Virus record (IMG/VR): IMGVR_UViG_3300028805_000037
Coordinates: 224,001 to 288,000 of that record
Origin: a virus
Lineage: Duplodnaviria; Caudoviricetes
DNA length: 64,000 nt
Direction: 5' to 3' (one strand)
Shown here: positions 1 through 10,292 of the stretch, in pieces
Layout of the letters: every line of letters starts with the position of its first letter
How positions within the stretch are numbered: position 1 is the first letter of the stretch
Translations under genes and position numbers: made by a program
Notes under the pieces: generated by a model
Database searches by the model: none
What the model saw: the letters and a program-made list of their open reading frames with translations, nothing else
What the model was told of the DNA's origin: nothing

Positions 1-1
1 A

Positions 2-994
2 GGTAATGTATACGCTACACAAGATGATGAAATAATAACTGTTACTGCAGTAGATAATGAATCTGTAGTATTATCTAATAATGATGTTAAATCAAAAGGT
101 GAAATACAAAAGAAAATTGATGATGGTGAATGGAGAAGACAAGCTGCAGATGAAGAAAATAAAGAAATTGTTAAATTATTAAAACAGATGGTTAAATATG
201 GTGATGCACTTGAACAAAAATTAATAATAGATCAATCAATAGAACAAATTACTAAAGATGTTAAAGATAATCTTGAATCTAAAGTTGGTGAAGATTTACA
301 AAATTATGATACTATGATCGATAAAAATTTACCTAAAATCACAAAATTAGCTGCATCAATAGAATCCATAACAAGAAGTGATGAAAAATCATATAGTATT
401 ATAAAAAAGAAATTTGGTAATATAAAATTTCAATATACTCCAGAATATTTAAGACAAACTGTAGTAAGTAAACAAGTATTAGAAGAAATATTAGAACAAA
501 TGGCTAAATTAGTTTCGCCTAAAAATATACAAAAATTTGAAGCTCTTGAAAGCCAACTTTATAAATATTCTATGGTACAAGAAAATATAAAATTTTCTCT
601 TGATGATAAAAATACAGAAGTTCAAGAAAAAATACAAGATAAAATACAAGAATTAAGAAAGAGTTTATCAAGTTCTAAGATACTTAGAGATAAACAACTT
701 GATGATAAAACTTATGATAAACTTGATAAAATGATAAGTGCTGGCAAAATTAGTTTTGATACATATAATTCTTTAACTGATTGTATGGAATCAAATAGCC
801 AATTAACAAATAATCTTGTAAATAAAATATATGCAACACTTAGTAAAAATCAAATATCTGAATTTAAAATAACAGCTGGAAATATATTACAATCCATAAA
901 AGATATATTTATATGGATTGGTAAAATATTTGGTTTTGTAACAATTCAAGAGATGGAATCTAAAAAATTAGAATCTTTACTTGAACAAATTTAA
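2..994 (+). CDS. Hypothetical helical/coiled-coil protein, 5'-truncated by the window edge
   Basis: Frame of ORF 188..994 is open back to base 2 (GNVYATQDD...GEWRRQAADEENKE); contains an RRQA site like the KKQA motifs of head proteins. Confidence 0.6.
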   Translation, partial: GNVYATQDDEIITVTAVDNESVVLSNNDVKSKGEIQKKIDDGEWRRQAADEENKEIVKLLKQMVKYGDALEQKLIIDQSIEQITKDVKDNLESKVGEDLQNYDTMIDKNLPKITKLAASIESITRSDEKSYSIIKKKFGNIKFQYTPEYLRQTVVSKQVLEEILEQMAKLVSPKNIQKFEALESQLYKYSMVQENIKFSLDDKNTEVQEKIQDKIQELRKSLSSSKILRDKQLDDKTYDKLDKMISAGKISFDTYNSLTDCMESNSQLTNNLVNKIYATLSKNQISEFKITAGNILQSIKDIFIWIGKIFGFVTIQEMESKKLESLLEQI

Positions 995-1011
995 TTAGGA
1001 GTTACTATTTT

Positions 1012-1572
1012 ATGAAAGTTAGAGATAATTATAATCAATTGTATAATGTTGAAGTTATTATTGATAATAATACAAATAATAAATTTTATAGAGTTGCTAA
1101 TCAAAGTGATGATAGGATAGTAACACAAAAAGAATTTGATGAAAATTTTCATAAAGTAGCTGAATCTAAAACAATAGATTATTTCCAAGAATTGACGCAG
1201 CTTAAAGACAAAGTAGTTGAAAGAATTGGAAAAATTAATGAAAGAATAAATTATGTTGATATAAGGTTAGGTTCTATTGATAAAAAATCTCAAGAAGGAA
1301 TGAAACTTCAAGAACAACTTGATAGATATGAAGAAGATAAAAAATATTATAATGATATACTTGAAAATATTAAAGATAAAATAGTAGATTTTCAATCTAT
1401 ACAATCTCGTGTAAGTATAGAAAGAGAAATTGATCTTGCTGAAATTTATTCACAATTAGGAATAGATTTAAATGAATTACAAAACAGATTTAAAAATGAA
1501 GATGAATCTGTTGAATTGATACAAGAAAAAGAAGTAGATACTACAGAAGTACCACAATCCAACGAAGAATAA
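1012..1572 (+). CDS. Hypothetical coiled-coil protein
   Basis: ORF with AGGAG RBS; no recognisable motif. Confidence 0.6.
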   Translation: MKVRDNYNQLYNVEVIIDNNTNNKFYRVANQSDDRIVTQKEFDENFHKVAESKTIDYFQELTQLKDKVVERIGKINERINYVDIRLGSIDKKSQEGMKLQEQLDRYEEDKKYYNDILENIKDKIVDFQSIQSRVSIEREIDLAEIYSQLGIDLNELQNRFKNEDESVELIQEKEVDTTEVPQSNEE

Positions 1573-1669
1573 TTTTTTAATTTTGATTTAATTTTTAATG
1601 AATTTTGACATATTTTGTGAAAATTTTATATATTATATTATTATATTTAATTTATTTAAGGAGAATATA

Positions 1670-4600
1670 ATGTTTAAATGGAAGCAACCTTTATCTGAAG
1701 AAATTTTTAAAAAGAAATATATGATTAATGAAGGAGATAAAGATGTTGAAACAATAATACAAAATATATCAAAAGAAATATCATCAGTAGAAAAAACAAA
1801 AGAAAAACAACAATTATGGCAAGAATTATTTTATACAGAAATAATTAATCAAAGATTTATTCCAGCTGGAAGAATATTAGCGCATGCTAGACCAAATTCA
1901 AAGCAAAAAACATATATAAATTGTTATACAGTAGGTATAGAAGATAGTTTAAATGGAATATATGATACAATTAAAGAAATGGCTTTAATTGCTCAATCAT
2001 CTGGTGGTAGTGGATTAAATATATCAAATATAAGGCCCGAAGGTGCAATTTTATCACGTGGAGGAACAGCTTCAGGACCTTTATCATTTATGAAAGTTAT
2101 AAATGAATCTGCAAATACAATTTGTGTTGGCGGCGCTAGAAGAAGTGCTACAATTATAATATTAAATGTAGATCATCCAGATATTGAAAAATTTATTACT
2201 TGTAAACATGGGGATGAAAATAAAGCATATCAATTTATGAATATTTCAGTTGGTATAACTGATGAATTTATGAATGCAGTAGAACAAGATTTAAATTGGG
2301 ATCTTAAATTTGATGGTAAAATTTATAAAACAGTAAAAGCAAAAGATTTATATAATTTAATAATTGAAAATAGTTTTAAATATGCTGAACCAGGTGTTTT
2401 AAATTTATCAGCAATAAATAAAGAAAATAATGGTTATTATATGTATAATATTAATGAGTGTAATCCATGTTTCACTGGTGAAACAATGATTGCAGTAGCT
2501 GATGGTAGAAATGCAGTTTCAATAAAACAATTAGCTGATGAAAATAAAGAGTTTTTAATATATTCAACAAAATATAAAATGAAAAAATGGAATAGAACTC
2601 CAGAAATAAAAAAGGCAAAAGCTTTTAAAACTGGAGAAAAAGAAGTTTTAACTATTGTTTTATCAAATGGAAGTAGTTTTGAATGTACGCCAGATCATTT
2701 ATTAGCTTTACCTAATGGAACTTTTATACAAGCTAAAGATTCATTAGGTGAAGTATTACAAAAATTTTATACATTTTCAAATAAAAATAATAATAAAAGT
2801 TATAGACATATTAATAGTATAACAAATTGTCATTCAAAACAATGTAGATTAATTTATAATTATTATAATAAATTAGAACAAGGTACTGTTATACATCATA
2901 AAGATCATAATTCAATAAATGATTTAATTGATAATTTACAAGCTTTAACTAAAGAAGAGCATGATAAATTAACTGGTGAAGAACATAAAGGAAACAATAA
3001 TCCAATATTTAAAACAAATATGGAATGGACAAAGTGGGATTGGGCAAGAAAAAATAGATTTGCAAATGCTCGCAAATATAATTGGACAGATGAAAGATTA
3101 AAAAAAGAATTAGAAATTTATGATAGAGAAAATCCTGAACCAACAAGAGATATAACTGATAAAAATATATATATGAATCAAGATGTACAAGTAATTGATG
3201 TTATTCGTAATGGAAAAGTTGCTCCTGTATATGATATAACTGTTGAAGATAATCATAATTTTTATATTATTACTAAAACTGATGATGATAAATATTTAAA
3301 TTGTTCAGGCGTATTAGTTCATAATTGTGGTGAAACATCAATGCCAATATATAATGTCTGCGATTTGGGCTCAATTAAATTATCAACATTTGTTGAAAAT
3401 CCATTTACAAATGAAGCAAAAATTGATTGGGAAAGATTAATAAAATCAATACATATTGGGGTAAGATTTTTAGATAATGTATTAGATGCTACTCAATTAC
3501 CATTAGATAAAGTTAAACATAATGTAAAAAAAGAACGTAGAATTGGGTTAGGTTTTACAGCTTATGCTGATATGTTAATAAAAATGAAAATACAATATGG
3601 ATCTGAAGAAGCAATTCAATTAACAAAAAAGTTAGCAAAAATATTTAGAGATGAAAGTTATAAAGCATCAATTGAATTAGCAAAAGAAAAAGGAAGCTTT
3701 CCACATTTAGATAAAGAAAAATATTTACAAAGTAATTTTATTAAAAGATTACCTGAAGAAATTAAAGAAAATATTAAAAAATATGGTATTCGTAATATTA
3801 ATTTAAATTGTGTAGCTCCAACTGGAACTATAAGTTTAAGTTATGGTAATAATTGTAGTTCTGGAATAGAACCAGTATTCGCATTAAGTTATGATAGAAA
3901 AGTAAGACAAAAAGATGAAACTTTTATTACACAAACTGTTTGTGATGAAGCATTTTTAGATTGGCAAAATCAATTTAATAATGAAAAAGAAATACCAAAA
4001 TATTTTACAACAGTAGCAGATTTAACTGCAGAGCAACATATAGCAATACAATCATTATGGCAAAAATATATAGATAGTAGTATAAGTAAAACTGTAAATT
4101 TACCTTCTGGAACAACAATAGAAAAATATAAAGATTTATTTATGTTAGCATATAAATCTGGTTGTAAAGGTATAACATTTTTTAATCCAGATGGAGCATT
4201 AGCACCAGTTTTATCAGTTAAAAAAGAAAATGTTAAACAGCAAGAAGATATAAAAGAAAATCAAGCTCCAAAACGGCCACAAGATTTACCATGTGATATT
4301 TATCAAATAGTTGTAGATCATAAACCAGTTCTTGTATTACTTGGCAAATTAAATAGCAAAATATATGAAATGTTTTTAGATTATAATTTTGATGAAAATG
4401 GTGATAAAAAAATAGATGTAATGAAAGCTAAAGAAGGTATAATACGGAAAATTAAATCTAGCCAATATGATTTAATTATTAAAACTGATGAAGGTAAAGA
4501 ATTAACAATTATTAAAAATATAGCTGATACTTTTGATGAAATGGCTGGGATGATAAGTAGATTTGTTTCAATGTCATTAAGATATGGAGTTCCATACCAA

Positions 4601-4798
4601 TTTATTATTAATCAAATGCAAAAAACAAAAAGTTTTAATAGTTTTACAAAGATTGTATCAAGAGTATTAAAAAAATATATTAAAGATGGTGAAAAAGTTA
4701 AAACATCTGATAATAAATGTCCAGAATGTAATACAGAATTAGTATTTCAAAGTGGTTGTATAATATGTCCATCTTGTGGCTTTTCAAAATGTAATTAA
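1670..4798 (+). CDS. nrdJ: Class II (AdoCbl-dependent) ribonucleotide reductase with intein and C-terminal Zn ribbon
   Basis: FIPAGRIL, GGGSG, GGARRSA, HPDIEKFI, NP[intein]CGE, CDLGSI, RRIGLG, APTGTIS, SSGIEP, SISKTVN, CKGIT; C-terminal CPEC..CPSC; start moved to ATG 1670 behind AAGGAG. Confidence 0.95.
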   Translation: MFKWKQPLSEEIFKKKYMINEGDKDVETIIQNISKEISSVEKTKEKQQLWQELFYTEIINQRFIPAGRILAHARPNSKQKTYINCYTVGIEDSLNGIYDTIKEMALIAQSSGGSGLNISNIRPEGAILSRGGTASGPLSFMKVINESANTICVGGARRSATIIILNVDHPDIEKFITCKHGDENKAYQFMNISVGITDEFMNAVEQDLNWDLKFDGKIYKTVKAKDLYNLIIENSFKYAEPGVLNLSAINKENNGYYMYNINECNPCFTGETMIAVADGRNAVSIKQLADENKEFLIYSTKYKMKKWNRTPEIKKAKAFKTGEKEVLTIVLSNGSSFECTPDHLLALPNGTFIQAKDSLGEVLQKFYTFSNKNNNKSYRHINSITNCHSKQCRLIYNYYNKLEQGTVIHHKDHNSINDLIDNLQALTKEEHDKLTGEEHKGNNNPIFKTNMEWTKWDWARKNRFANARKYNWTDERLKKELEIYDRENPEPTRDITDKNIYMNQDVQVIDVIRNGKVAPVYDITVEDNHNFYIITKTDDDKYLNCSGVLVHNCGETSMPIYNVCDLGSIKLSTFVENPFTNEAKIDWERLIKSIHIGVRFLDNVLDATQLPLDKVKHNVKKERRIGLGFTAYADMLIKMKIQYGSEEAIQLTKKLAKIFRDESYKASIELAKEKGSFPHLDKEKYLQSNFIKRLPEEIKENIKKYGIRNINLNCVAPTGTISLSYGNNCSSGIEPVFALSYDRKVRQKDETFITQTVCDEAFLDWQNQFNNEKEIPKYFTTVADLTAEQHIAIQSLWQKYIDSSISKTVNLPSGTTIEKYKDLFMLAYKSGCKGITFFNPDGALAPVLSVKKENVKQQEDIKENQAPKRPQDLPCDIYQIVVDHKPVLVLLGKLNSKIYEMFLDYNFDENGDKKIDVMKAKEGIIRKIKSSQYDLIIKTDEGKELTIIKNIADTFDEMAGMISRFVSMSLRYGVPYQFIINQMQKTKSFNSFTKIVSRVLKKYIKDGEKVKTSDNKCPECNTELVFQSGCIICPSCGFSKCN
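2468..3325 (+). mobile_element. Intein (286 aa) with HNH-type homing endonuclease, inserted at the NPC active-site motif of NrdJ
   Basis: Begins CFTGET, block B CTPDH, block F VYDITVEDNHNF, ends VHN before Cys+1; internal HHKDHNSINDLIDNL...EEH. Confidence 0.92.
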
Positions 4799-4810
4799 AG
4801 GAGTAATGAA

Positions 4811-5071
4811 ATGATAGAAATAGTTAAATTATACACATCAAGTTGTGTACCTTGTAAAATGTTATCACCAATTTTAGATGAAATAAAAAAAGAATTTAAT
4901 ATAAAAGTTGAAGAGATAAATTTAGATAATGGTATACCAGAAAAATTTCAAGAATTAAATATAATGAGTACACCTACACTATTGTTTTATAAAGATAATA
5001 AATTAAGAAAAACATTAGTTGGTTTAAGAACAAAAAGTACAATTATTGAAGTTTTGGAGTCAATGAAATAA
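4811..5071 (+). CDS. trxA: Thioredoxin
   Basis: CVPC motif, STPTLLF; adjacent to RNR. Confidence 0.9.
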   Translation: MIEIVKLYTSSCVPCKMLSPILDEIKKEFNIKVEEINLDNGIPEKFQELNIMSTPTLLFYKDNKLRKTLVGLRTKSTIIEVLESMK

Positions 5072-5072
5072 A

Positions 5073-5195
5073 ATGCTCCAAACAATAATTGAAGAAGCTT
5101 TAAAAGGAAATTTTAGTTGGTTTATTTTAATTGTAAATTTTATTCAACTTTTGATTATGTTATTAAATTTGTATATATTAATAAAAAAGAAATAA
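5073..5195 (+). CDS. Small putative membrane peptide (40 aa; not in ORF track)
   Basis: MLQTIIEEALKGNFSWFILIVNFIQLLIMLLNLYILIKKK fills the gap between genes. Confidence 0.4.
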   Translation: MLQTIIEEALKGNFSWFILIVNFIQLLIMLLNLYILIKKK

Positions 5196-5202
5196 AGAAT
5201 AA

Positions 5203-5988
5203 ATGAAATTTAGAGTTTTTTCAGATTTACATATTAATATTAATAAAAATAATAATTTATTAAAAGAACTACAAAGAAATGCATCAGATGATGTTTTAAA
5301 TATTATTGCTGGTGATATTTCTGGTAATTGTTTTGAAACAATTAAATGGATTCAAAATTATTGTAAAAAAGCTTTATTTGTATCTGGAAATCATGAATTA
5401 GCAGCTTATGATGATACAAATGCAATTCAACAAGTAGATAACCATTTTAGAAACCTTTTAAGATCATTTCAATATTATTATTTGCAAAATGATTTTATTA
5501 GTTTTGATGATATTTTATTTGTTGGTTGCACATTATTTACTGATTATGAATATGGTGAATACAATAATGAATATAATCAACGTTTGGCATTAAATTATTT
5601 AAATGATTTTAGGTTTGGAGATTATTTAATTGATGATAAAAAATATCAATTAATGCCACATCATTATAAAGAATTATTTAATAAAAGTTTTGAATTTCTT
5701 AAAAATACAATTGAAAAATATAAAGATTATAAAATTGTAGTAATTACACATCATGGTTGTTCTAGTAAATCTATATTAGATAAATATCAAAATCATAAAT
5801 TAAATGCATCATTTATAAGTGATCTTGATGATTTTATTTTAAATCATCAACAAATAAAGTATTGGATTCATGGACATCTTCATAGCAATAGCGATTATAA
5901 AATAGGAAATACAAGAATAATATGTAATCCTTTAGGTTATATAAATGAAAATACAAATTTTAATCCTAATTTAATTTTAGAATTATGA
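5203..5988 (+). CDS. Calcineurin-like metallophosphoesterase
   Basis: SDLH, AGDI, GNHE, THH, HGHLH motifs. Confidence 0.9.
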   Translation: MKFRVFSDLHININKNNNLLKELQRNASDDVLNIIAGDISGNCFETIKWIQNYCKKALFVSGNHELAAYDDTNAIQQVDNHFRNLLRSFQYYYLQNDFISFDDILFVGCTLFTDYEYGEYNNEYNQRLALNYLNDFRFGDYLIDDKKYQLMPHHYKELFNKSFEFLKNTIEKYKDYKIVVITHHGCSSKSILDKYQNHKLNASFISDLDDFILNHQQIKYWIHGHLHSNSDYKIGNTRIICNPLGYINENTNFNPNLILEL

Positions 5989-6818
5989 AATATTCAGAAA
6001 GTTTTATTCAAAATACATTATTGACATCGACATCTGGTTCTCCATTTAGTTTAAAAAGAAATTACAATTTACTTACTATTTTTAATGTAAGTTGGGGATT
6101 TTTTAAAGAAGGTGAAGCTGATATACTTACTGTAACAAATAATTACGAATTAATTGAAGGTGAAATTAAATGTACATTTTATGATTTTTTAAGTGATGAT
6201 AAAAAGAAACCTGAAATAATGGAAGAACGAAAAAGAAAATTGGCAAGAAAATATTACATTATTCCAATAGAAATTTATAGAGAACATGAAGATGAAATAT
6301 TTAACAAATTATGTGAAAGAAAATGTGGATTAGTTATTATTAATGGAACAAGTTGTAACACAATTTATCCTGCGCCAGATTTTGATAATGATTATACAAT
6401 AGATTTAAATCAATTTTTTAAATTAGTTAAACTTACATGTTATAGACAAAATAGATTAGATTTTAATGATGTTCTTGAATTTAAAGAATATATAGGAGAT
6501 TTTATGGATTTTAATAAAGTTATAGAAGAAGTAAAAGAAAATAAAAAAGAAATTAATTATAATGAAAAACCTAAAGAGTGGCAAGAATTATGCAAAATGT
6601 ACAAAGAACAATTTAAAGGTGTAATACAAATAATTGATAAATATACAAGACCAAATTTTGATGGAAAACAAGCTATATTTATTCAAACAATGAAACCTGG
6701 TGAAGGATTTTTATTTTGTGAAAATGGTTATGTTTTAGATACAATTACAAGAAGTGTAATAGCAATGTTAAATGTGCAACAAGTGTGGGAAATGATTAAA
6801 ATATTGAATAGAAAATAA
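5985..6818 (+). CDS. Putative PD-(D/E)XK (MmcB-like) nuclease-domain protein, possibly two fused genes
   Basis: EADIL...EGEIK..DF..D pattern; internal AGGAG plus in-frame ATG near 6505. Confidence 0.45.
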   Translation: MKYSESFIQNTLLTSTSGSPFSLKRNYNLLTIFNVSWGFFKEGEADILTVTNNYELIEGEIKCTFYDFLSDDKKKPEIMEERKRKLARKYYIIPIEIYREHEDEIFNKLCERKCGLVIINGTSCNTIYPAPDFDNDYTIDLNQFFKLVKLTCYRQNRLDFNDVLEFKEYIGDFMDFNKVIEEVKENKKEINYNEKPKEWQELCKMYKEQFKGVIQIIDKYTRPNFDGKQAIFIQTMKPGEGFLFCENGYVLDTITRSVIAMLNVQQVWEMIKILNRK

Positions 6819-6822
6819 CCTA

Positions 6823-6851
6823 TTTACTTTTTCATAAAAATTTATTATAAT
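6823..6851 (+). promoter_or_regulatory. Sigma70-like early promoter
   Basis: TTTACT-N17-TATAAT; same architecture at 7324, 8518, 28829 and 44726. Confidence 0.75.
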
Positions 6852-6881
6852 AATTATATAAAATTAAATGAGATAATAAAA

Positions 6882-7316
6882 ATGAATAAATGGACAATTA
6901 AAGATAGAAATATTATAATGAAAAGAATGGAATCACAATTACAAAATAAAAATAAACCTAAGGTTGGATCATTTTATTATGATATTAAAAATAAAAATTT
7001 ATTTCTTGTTGATACATTACTTACTGAAAAAGCTTATGATCCAGGAAATGGCATTAAAACATCAGATAAATTACATAAAGAAATTTGGCAAGATAATGGT
7101 ATGAATGGAAATTATATGGATACACCAAGAGGCAGAGTATTTTATAATGTAAATAAAAATGAATATCAAATTATGGTTGGAGATTGGATTAAAGATACTC
7201 CAAATTTAAAAGATATAGTAATACAAAGATTTAATTTACAAAATGAAAAAGTTGAAGTTATAGAAGATGAACATTGGAATATAGGTAATGGTTTTGAAGA
7301 TGATTATTTATGGTAA
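6882..7316 (+). CDS. Hypothetical protein with MNKWTIK leader-like N-terminus
   Basis: ORF; flanked by identical promoter repeats. Confidence 0.6.
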   Translation: MNKWTIKDRNIIMKRMESQLQNKNKPKVGSFYYDIKNKNLFLVDTLLTEKAYDPGNGIKTSDKLHKEIWQDNGMNGNYMDTPRGRVFYNVNKNEYQIMVGDWIKDTPNLKDIVIQRFNLQNEKVEVIEDEHWNIGNGFEDDYLW

Positions 7317-7323
7317 TTAAATA

Positions 7324-7352
7324 TTTACTTTTTCATAAAAATTTATTATAAT
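7324..7352 (+). promoter_or_regulatory. Sigma70-like early promoter (copy of 6823)
   Basis: TTTACT-N17-TATAAT; 6821-6862 is identical to 7322-7363. Confidence 0.75.
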
Positions 7353-7384
7353 AATTATATAAATAAAAGTTAAGGAGAAGAAGA

Positions 7385-7506
7385 ATGAATAAAAAATTAC
7401 AAGAATTAAAAGAACAGATGTATATAAAACTCAAATTTGTTCAAGATGTGGTTCAAAAGAAGCATTAGAAATTTTTTATAATTATATGAAAAACAAGGAG
7501 AAATAA
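7385..7506 (+). pseudogene. Remnant of a small Zn-finger phage gene
   Basis: ATG frame stops after 27 aa; the shifted frame reads RTDVYKTQICSRCGSKEALEIFYNYMKNKEK*, resembling the common phage SRxDNKTxICxxCGxxEAL motif. Confidence 0.4.
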
Positions 7507-7959
7507 ATGAAGTGGATAAAAATAATAGCAATGTCTAAAAATTTAAAAGATATAAAAAGAGATTTAGGTGATGGACGTTCTGTAAAATTTGCAGATCATT
7601 GTTGCAAAATAATTGTTACAAATGGTAGAGTATATTTTGAACATTGGACAAATGAAATTTATGGTTTTTGTTCTTGGATTATGACAACAACAATAAAACC
7701 AGATAATAGAAAGATTGATTTAAAAATGATAAATGAATATTTTTTTGGAAGTTGTTGTGATACATTAAATACATTTAAAATTTGTTTAAAATTACAAAAT
7801 TCAATTGAAAATAAAAATAATAAGTGGGATGAATCTAATGATGAAGTTTTATTTGAAAATTATAGAAATTTTTGTAAACAAATAGCAATATATCTTAATA
7901 AAAATATTTTAACTCCAAATGATGTAAGAGATTTTGCAATTAAATATTTAATTAAATGA
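7507..7959 (+). CDS. Hypothetical protein with MKWIKIIA leader; weak DUF29-like HW..EI..F pattern
   Basis: ORF with AAGGAG RBS. Confidence 0.55.
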   Translation: MKWIKIIAMSKNLKDIKRDLGDGRSVKFADHCCKIIVTNGRVYFEHWTNEIYGFCSWIMTTTIKPDNRKIDLKMINEYFFGSCCDTLNTFKICLKLQNSIENKNNKWDESNDEVLFENYRNFCKQIAIYLNKNILTPNDVRDFAIKYLIK

Positions 7960-8012
7960 AAATTTTATATAATATATTATAAAATTAATCAAAATAATTA
8001 AAGGAGAAAACA

Positions 8013-8513
8013 ATGGAAGAAAATAAAAAAGAAGTAGTAAATAATGAAGAAAAAACAAGATTTGAAAAATTTAGTGAAACAGATAAAGTTAAAGAGTTAT
8101 TAAAACCAATACAAACAAATTGTCCACATTATAATTTAGTTGTAGGTTTAAAAGCTTTATTTACAAGAGCTAAAAATTATGAATTTACAGATAAGTGGAT
8201 TAAAGAAACTGAAGGTAAAATTGATGAACATACTAAAAAAGCAACAAAAGAATTACAAGATGTTAATAAATTACTTGATGATTGGTTTTTTAATTTTACT
8301 AAAGCAACTTTAACATTTTGTGAAACTGAAAAAGCACAAAAATCTAATAAAGATGTTGAAGCTGTAATAATTGATGTTAATGAAAAAGTTCAATCTGCAG
8401 AATTTCATAATAAATGTGTAGAATTAGCTAAAAAAATAAGACAATGGGTAAATGCTACACAAATTGGTATGAATCATGAAGTAATATTTGAAACTATATC
8501 ACTTTTTGCATAA
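8013..8513 (+). CDS. Hypothetical protein
   Basis: ORF with AAGGAG RBS behind an AAAATTTTATATAAT motif. Confidence 0.6.
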   Translation: MEENKKEVVNNEEKTRFEKFSETDKVKELLKPIQTNCPHYNLVVGLKALFTRAKNYEFTDKWIKETEGKIDEHTKKATKELQDVNKLLDDWFFNFTKATLTFCETEKAQKSNKDVEAVIIDVNEKVQSAEFHNKCVELAKKIRQWVNATQIGMNHEVIFETISLFA

Positions 8514-8517
8514 ATAG

Positions 8518-8546
8518 TTTACTTTTAGTAAAAAATTTATTATAAT
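8518..8546 (+). promoter_or_regulatory. Sigma70-like early promoter
   Basis: TTTACT-N17-TATAAT. Confidence 0.7.
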
Positions 8547-8585
8547 ATTTATATAAAATAAATTTTTGCTAAAAGGAGAATAAGA

Positions 8586-9902
8586 ATGATTTTATTAACT
8601 TTATTAGAAAAGATTCAAAATTTTGTTGATGAAGTAAATCAAAGTAATAGTGGAACTTATAAAAAACAAGTTCTACAAAAATATTTTGATTATGATTTTA
8701 AAAGATTTTTTAGTTATATTTTTGATTATGATAAACAATTTAATATAACATCAAAATCAATATTAAAATATGAAAATAGTAAACAATTAGAATTATTAGA
8801 TACATATAAATATGATTATTTATTTGATTTATTAGATGCATTAAATTCTAGAAAAGTAACTGGGCATAATGCAATTAAAACTTGTTTAGATTTTATTAAT
8901 GATAATATTAAATATAAAGATTTAATATTAAAAATTATAGATAAAAAATTAGATATTGGAATAAGTGATACTACTATTAATAAATTATATCCTAGTACTG
9001 TAAAAGAATTTAATGTAGCATTAGCTGGAAAATGGTCTGAAAAATTTCCATTAGATGATACATATTTTATAAGTAGAAAATTAGATGGAGTAAGATGTAT
9101 ATGTTTTTATAATCATCCTTATAATATTCAATTTTATTCAAGACAAGGTAAAGAATTTACAACATTAAATGTATTAAAAGAAAAACTAAGTCAATGTAAG
9201 AATATTCCAAATAACACAGTTTTTGATGGTGAAATTTGTATTGTAGATGAAAATGGAAATGAAGATTTTCAAGGTATAATTAAAGAAATAAAAAGAAAAG
9301 ATTATACAATTAAAAATCCATGTTATATGATATTTGATGTTTTAACTAAAGATGAGTTTGAAATGAAAGAGCAATCACAATGGTTAAAATGGAGAATTGG
9401 AAATTTAACATCTTTATTTAATGATAATGAATTATTAAGAACAAATAACTTTAAACAAGTAACACAATATCAGTATACTTCAGATACATTACAAATGTTA
9501 AAAGAAAAGGCTAATAAAGAAGGTTGGGAAGGTTTAATGTTTAGAAAAAATGTATCATATAAAGGAACAAGAAGTAATGATTTATTAAAATATAAAGAAT
9601 TTAATGAAAATGATTATAAAGTTATAGATGTTGAAGTTAGTGAAGTTCAAGATGTTGTTAATGGTATTGCTACAAAAATTCCTGCAATTGGAGCTTTAAT
9701 AATAGAACATAAAGGTAATAAAGTTCATGTTGGAACAGGTTTATCATTGGAACAAAGAAAAAGATGGTTAGAGCATCCTGAAGAAATAGTTGGTTCTATG
9801 ATAAATGTAAAATATTTTGAAGAATCATTAAGTCAAGATGGAAGTTACTCATTAAGATTTCCAGTTTTAAAAGGTGTATATGGAAAACAGAGAGATATTT
9901 AA
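8586..9902 (+). CDS. ATP-dependent DNA ligase
   Basis: KLDGVR, FDGE, EGLM, LLKYK, VGTG, SLRFP. Confidence 0.93.
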   Translation: MILLTLLEKIQNFVDEVNQSNSGTYKKQVLQKYFDYDFKRFFSYIFDYDKQFNITSKSILKYENSKQLELLDTYKYDYLFDLLDALNSRKVTGHNAIKTCLDFINDNIKYKDLILKIIDKKLDIGISDTTINKLYPSTVKEFNVALAGKWSEKFPLDDTYFISRKLDGVRCICFYNHPYNIQFYSRQGKEFTTLNVLKEKLSQCKNIPNNTVFDGEICIVDENGNEDFQGIIKEIKRKDYTIKNPCYMIFDVLTKDEFEMKEQSQWLKWRIGNLTSLFNDNELLRTNNFKQVTQYQYTSDTLQMLKEKANKEGWEGLMFRKNVSYKGTRSNDLLKYKEFNENDYKVIDVEVSEVQDVVNGIATKIPAIGALIIEHKGNKVHVGTGLSLEQRKRWLEHPEEIVGSMINVKYFEESLSQDGSYSLRFPVLKGVYGKQRDI

Positions 9903-10284
9903 AATGACTATTGATAATGATAATGAAAACAATAATTATATAGAAAATGGGAAAATTTTGTATAATATGTTTATAGGATCAGTACCGCAATTTATTGATA
10001 TAATTATTGATAATATTAGAAAATTGAATATTAAAGAAGACGATGATAGTTTATTTGATATTACAATAGATATACAAGAATATGTAACTATAATACAAAG
10101 TAAAATTAGTATTATACAATATTATTTAAATCAACTTGAATATAATATTGATATTAGAGTTAAAGAAAATTATCCTAATACAAAGGTAATATTTAAACAA
10201 GTAGATAAATATATAATTCAAGATTTACAAGATGTAAAATTTCTTATATTTTGTGAATATCATAAAAATTTAGGACATGCATAG
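9874..10284 (+). CDS. Hypothetical protein (start uncertain)
   Basis: ORF only. Confidence 0.5.
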   Translation: MYMENREIFKMTIDNDNENNNYIENGKILYNMFIGSVPQFIDIIIDNIRKLNIKEDDDSLFDITIDIQEYVTIIQSKISIIQYYLNQLEYNIDIRVKENYPNTKVIFKQVDKYIIQDLQDVKFLIFCEYHKNLGHA

Positions 10285-10292
10285 GAGTAATA

